In this document: positions 20,592-24,000 of the stretch, in pieces | Position numbering within the stretch: position 1 is the stretch's first letter | Layout: each line of letters begins with the position of its first letter | Origin: Candidatus Saccharimonadota bacterium | GTDB lineage: Bacteria > Patescibacteriota > Saccharimonadia > Saccharimonadales > Saccharimonadaceae | Assembly (NCBI GenBank): GCA_018064165.1 | Contig: JAGOZV010000001.1 | Location: 7,767-31,766, forward strand | DNA: 24,000 nt | Reading direction: 5' to 3' | Translations under genes and position numbers: made by a program | Notes under the pieces: generated by a model | What the model was told of the DNA's origin: nothing | What the model saw: the letters and a program-made list of their open reading frames with translations, nothing else | Database searches by the model: none

Positions 20592-21687
20592 ACCAAGAGG
20601 TCTGGCTCATAGAGATAGATGGTTTTACTTCTAGCGAATATGGATCTACGGGGTCGCACGATTGCGTCATATAATAACCTAAGGTTGCTATCATTGCAGC
20701 ATTATCTGTGCATAATTCTATGGGTGCGTAATTAATGGGGATAGAAAGTTGCTGTTTAAGCTGTTTTCTTAATTCTTGATTAGCAGCTACACCACCAGCT
20801 ATTACCACAGATTGAGGTTTGAATTCTTCGTAAGCTTTTAATACTTTTTGAACAAGAGTTTTTATAGCAGTATATTGAAAACTGCTTGCGAAGTTTGCTT
20901 TCATCTCTGGAGTTAAATTTTTAGAAAGTTCAAAAGAAGGGTAGGCTATGTCAACTCCTATTTCTTGTTGGACTTTCCTTAAAACAGAAGTTTTTAAACC
21001 GGAAAAACTAAAATCATATGGATTTTGCATTTTAGAGATAGGGAATTTATACCTATTCGAATCACCGTTTGGCGCAAGTTTTGAAATTGCTGGGCCACCA
21101 GGGTAGGGAAGACCTAATATTTTTGCAACTTTATCAAAAGCTTCTCCAACAGCATCGTCTTGTGTTTGTCCTATTAATTTGTATTTTCCGTGTTTTTCAA
21201 AAAGAACAATTTGCGTGTGACCACCAGATACGATAAGTGCTAAAATAGGGAACTTAGGCTGATTATTCGGCAGCGCATCGTTCAAACTGTTCAACTTTTC
21301 ATTTTTATTGTTTTTATTATTTATTAAAAAATTGCTGTAAACATGTGCCTCTACATGATGGATAGGGTAGAGGGGTTTATTTTTCGTTATTGCCAGAGTT
21401 TTCGCCGCTAGCGTTCCTACTAATAAAGACCCTAAAAGTCCCGGAGCATAGGTAACCGCAATTGCGTCTATCTCTGACCACGTTAAGTTTGCATCTGTTA
21501 AGGCCTGATTGATTACAGGGTTTATAACTTCTATATGACTACGAGCTGCAATTTCAGGAATAACCCCACCATATTTAGCGTGGATGTCTATTTGAGAGTT
21601 AACAACATTACTTAGTAAATATGTTCCGTCTTCAACTATCGCAGCTGCAGTTTCGTCGCAACTGCTTTCAATTCCAAGTATTTTCAC
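20584..21687 (-). CDS. tsaD: tRNA N6-adenosine threonylcarbamoyltransferase TsaD (Kae1/Gcp family)
   Basis: The N-terminus (M)KILGIESSCDETAAAIV is canonical, and the metal-binding HHVEAH and GGVAAN motifs are present. The start is GTG at 21687. It contains an Asn/Lys-rich insertion (NNKNNKNEKLNSLNDALPNNQ). Its 3' end overlaps the FemAB-family gene by 8 nt. Confidence 0.95.
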   Translation of the reverse strand: MKILGIESSCDETAAAIVEDGTYLLSNVVNSQIDIHAKYGGVIPEIAARSHIEVINPVINQALTDANLTWSEIDAIAVTYAPGLLGSLLVGTLAAKTLAITKNKPLYPIHHVEAHVYSNFLINNKNNKNEKLNSLNDALPNNQPKFPILALIVSGGHTQIVLFEKHGKYKLIGQTQDDAVGEAFDKVAKILGLPYPGGPAISKLAPNGDSNRYKFPISKMQNPYDFSFSGLKTSVLRKVQQEIGVDIAYPSFELSKNLTPEMKANFASSFQYTAIKTLVQKVLKAYEEFKPQSVVIAGGVAANQELRKQLKQQLSIPINYAPIELCTDNAAMIATLGYYMTQSCDPVDPYSLEVKPSISMSQTSWSN

Positions 21688-21693
21688 ATTTTT

Positions 21694-21702
21694 ATAATAT
21701 CA
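21694..21702 (-). promoter_or_regulatory. Extended -10 (TGATATTAT) placed for leaderless transcription of tsaD
   Basis: The minus strand reads TGATATTAT (21702..21694), then AAAAAT, then GTG at 21687. No SD is present. Confidence 0.4.
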
Positions 21703-21766
21703 TACTTGTAATTTCTGAAAAATAGCTTAAAATAGAATTATAAGTCGGTTTTAAGGAGGATTTCAG

Positions 21767-24000
21767 ATGCGTCAGATTGTCACGACTATATTATTTTTTA
21801 TGTTTGTTGCCTTTTTGAGTGTAACAAAGACAAATATTATTTACGCTACAGAGATAAAAGGCTCTGATTATGATATTGTCAGCAGTATTGATACGTATGA
21901 GGAAGATATTTGTTCTACGTTCTCGCGAACAAAAAATATTAATGGTGTTTTAACAAAAGCTTGCATTTTTGAACAGGGAAACTTGTCTGTTGGCAAATAT
22001 TACGATAATGAGCGGAGAAGCAGGGTGGCAGTTAGTTTTTCTAAAGACAACAATTTATATCCTGTTCAAATGCACGGAGATTTATTTGAATGTAATTTTT
22101 TTAGGTGTTTATATTCTGAAGTCTGGGATACTTTAATTAATTTAGAGGTGGTAAATGGTGGATATGGGTTCAGTCCAGTCCTCTATAAAAATTTCACAAA
22201 AAATTTAGAACTAGTGAGCGATACTACTGGTAAGTATTTAGATTATATAAACCCTGAAAGAGAAATCATGCGTCCAACAAGCAATTCTCCCGGATTTGGC
22301 GTAGATGCGGCGGCTATAGGTGTTTCAAATAATGGCAAGTGGCTTATTACAGAACTAAAAGGTGTCGGCATCGTTCGTTTTAATTTGTCAGATGGTACGT
22401 ATCTACGTATTTATCCAGATGTTCTTGAGCATAGAACAGCTCCTGTTTCTAGTAGCGAACTAGCCATAGATAATTCTGGGAAAAACGTTTTCCATGTTGG
22501 CTTAAATGCAGGAATAGGGATGTATCGTATTCAAGGAAATTGTGGTGATGCAAAGCTCACTAATGAACCCCTTGAAAATCCATGCCATCGTGATGAAATA
22601 AACCCAGACAAAATTATCTGGTCAATGAGATATTCTATAGCTCCATCTTTTGTAGAAAATGAGTCAGATTCTGTAAAATTTTATGCAATTTCAACCGATC
22701 CATACTTAAAATATAAAAAAGTCCACATAACTGGAACGGGGAATAACAGTTCGTCATTAAGTTTGCTGTCTTTGGGGGACTCATTCACCAGTGGCGAAGG
22801 CGAGACAGATGACAAATATTATTTTCCTGGTACAAACACAGAGAAAGAGAAGTGTCATTTAAGCAGTCGTTCGTATCCATATCTAATTGGACAGAAGCTA
22901 TCTATATCCGCAAATCTTGTTAGGAATGTGGCATGCTCGGGAGCAGTAACACAAGATGTTGTTGGGCACGCTAAGTACCAAGGACAGCGTAACAGGCTTA
23001 AAGACCTGATTAGCCCCACAATAACGCTGGACAGTCTGCGCAGTGAAGCGAAACTGTACTATTTACCTGGAAGGGTGGAACAGCAATACTTCGTTGAATC
23101 TTCAAAGCCTGGTGCAGTAATTATAGGTGTTGGGGGAAATGATTCTGGGCTTATGTCTAAATTGAATGAATGCGCACTAGCAAGTACCTGTAAATGGGCA
23201 AGCGATCCAGAACTAAGATCTGCTGTGGGGAAAGAGATTCAATCGCTATTTAGTAAACTGACGAGCGTTTATGCAAAAATAAAAAATAGCTCTATAAAAT
23301 CGCAAATATATGCAATTGGATACCCTCAAATTATTAGTAGTGTACCAGCGTGTCGTAATTTAATTGGCACCATGTTTAATCAGGAAGAACGTATCTTTAT
23401 AAATGAATCGTTATCATATCTTAATAAAACTATTCAACGAGCAGCTCAGAATGCTGGCGTAAAGTATCTAGATATTGAAAAAGCATTTGGCGACCATATT
23501 CTGTGCGAGCCCACAAAAACTCCAGCTATGAACGGTGTTCGGTTCGGCGAAGACATAGACGTTGGTATTATTGGTAAGTATCTTGGAAACGAAAGCTTTC
23601 ACCCAACGCCATACGGACACGAGTTGATTGCAAACTATATCAAATCTCATGTTTTACTTGAAGGAGCTACTACGAGCGAAAGAGAAGAAGAATTGGGTAA
23701 AATATCGTCCGTTCCTTTGTCCGAGTATTGGGGAAGTGACGAAAACTATAATCTTGCAATCCGTCATTTAAGTACGATTAATGTATCTAAAGATGATTAT
23801 AATTATTATTTTAAAGATTCTATGATACTGCAAAATTCTACAGTTAATTTAAAAATAAAAGATTTAGAGAGTAATTTGGTTATTTCAGAAGATAATATTA
23901 CTGTAAGTGACGATTCGGTTATCGAAATTGTGAAAAGTAAATTAGACAATTTTACTCAAAATAAAGGAATCTACAGTTTGCAGATTAAAGGGGTCTCTAG
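21767..24000 (+). CDS. Secreted multidomain protein with a central SGNH/GDSL hydrolase domain (3' end outside the window)
   Basis: Absent from the ORF track because there is no stop in-window. AAGGAGGA lies 6 nt upstream of ATG 21767, and I read the frame as open to 24000 (744+ codons). The signal peptide is MRQIVTTILFFMFVAFLSVTKTNIIYA. SGNH block I is LLSLGDSFTSGEG (~22770), block III is IIGVGGNDSG (~23120), and block V is ESFHPTPYGHELIA (~23590). About 330 aa of N-terminal domain and a C-terminal extension are unassigned. Confidence 0.75.
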   Translation, partial: MRQIVTTILFFMFVAFLSVTKTNIIYATEIKGSDYDIVSSIDTYEEDICSTFSRTKNINGVLTKACIFEQGNLSVGKYYDNERRSRVAVSFSKDNNLYPVQMHGDLFECNFFRCLYSEVWDTLINLEVVNGGYGFSPVLYKNFTKNLELVSDTTGKYLDYINPEREIMRPTSNSPGFGVDAAAIGVSNNGKWLITELKGVGIVRFNLSDGTYLRIYPDVLEHRTAPVSSSELAIDNSGKNVFHVGLNAGIGMYRIQGNCGDAKLTNEPLENPCHRDEINPDKIIWSMRYSIAPSFVENESDSVKFYAISTDPYLKYKKVHITGTGNNSSSLSLLSLGDSFTSGEGETDDKYYFPGTNTEKEKCHLSSRSYPYLIGQKLSISANLVRNVACSGAVTQDVVGHAKYQGQRNRLKDLISPTITLDSLRSEAKLYYLPGRVEQQYFVESSKPGAVIIGVGGNDSGLMSKLNECALASTCKWASDPELRSAVGKEIQSLFSKLTSVYAKIKNSSIKSQIYAIGYPQIISSVPACRNLIGTMFNQEERIFINESLSYLNKTIQRAAQNAGVKYLDIEKAFGDHILCEPTKTPAMNGVRFGEDIDVGIIGKYLGNESFHPTPYGHELIANYIKSHVLLEGATTSEREEELGKISSVPLSEYWGSDENYNLAIRHLSTINVSKDDYNYYFKDSMILQNSTVNLKIKDLESNLVISEDNITVSDDSVIEIVKSKLDNFTQNKGIYSLQIKGVS

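Noticed and set aside
7310-23650. Nested or antisense track ORFs 7310..7495, 8601..8789, 10518..10715, 11258..11443, 13283..13558, 13839..14042, 14396..14581, 16195..16401, 16365..16553, 17093..17299, 19853..20083, 19873..20181 and 23468..23650
   Set aside because: Each lies inside, or antisense to, a longer ORF with recognisable family motifs or better start signals. The products are Cys/Phe/Leu-rich low-complexity strings typical of out-of-frame AT-rich sequence.

Overview
Low-GC, gene-dense bacterial window with short intergenic regions. Its content (VirB2-like 'pilin' paralogs, a PrgI-like protein, ComF, FemAB, minimal housekeeping genes) looks to me like a Patescibacteria/CPR genome, possibly Saccharibacteria-like; that assignment is inference only. 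Three blocks stand out. (1) 1..6804 is a Gram-positive-type type IV secretion-like locus. It holds a VirB4-like ATPase running off the left edge, a separately encoded VirB4 N-domain ORF, a PrgI/VirB3-like membrane protein, five tandem VirB2/TrbC-like pilin paralogs and a sixth on the opposite strand, interleaved with Hsp20, ComF and tRNA-Ser genes. (2) About 7918..15892 is an ~8 kb integrative element inserted at the 3' end of tRNA-Arg(GCG), bounded by a 10-bp direct repeat (GGGTGTACCA). It carries a large serine recombinase, a RepA-like ATPase, small HTH regulators, several unknown membrane proteins and a TetR plus paired-SMR efflux cassette. (3) 15947..24000 is housekeeping: tRNA-Ser(CGA), HIT, valS, FemAB-family, tsaD, and a large secreted SGNH/GDSL hydrolase running off the right edge. 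Two edge-truncated CDSs (1..510 minus, 21767..24000 plus) and one 50-aa CDS (10705..10857 minus) are absent from the supplied ORF track and were found by reading the sequence. No CRISPR array, rRNA or transposase was seen. All family assignments rest on motif recognition by eye; no searches were run.
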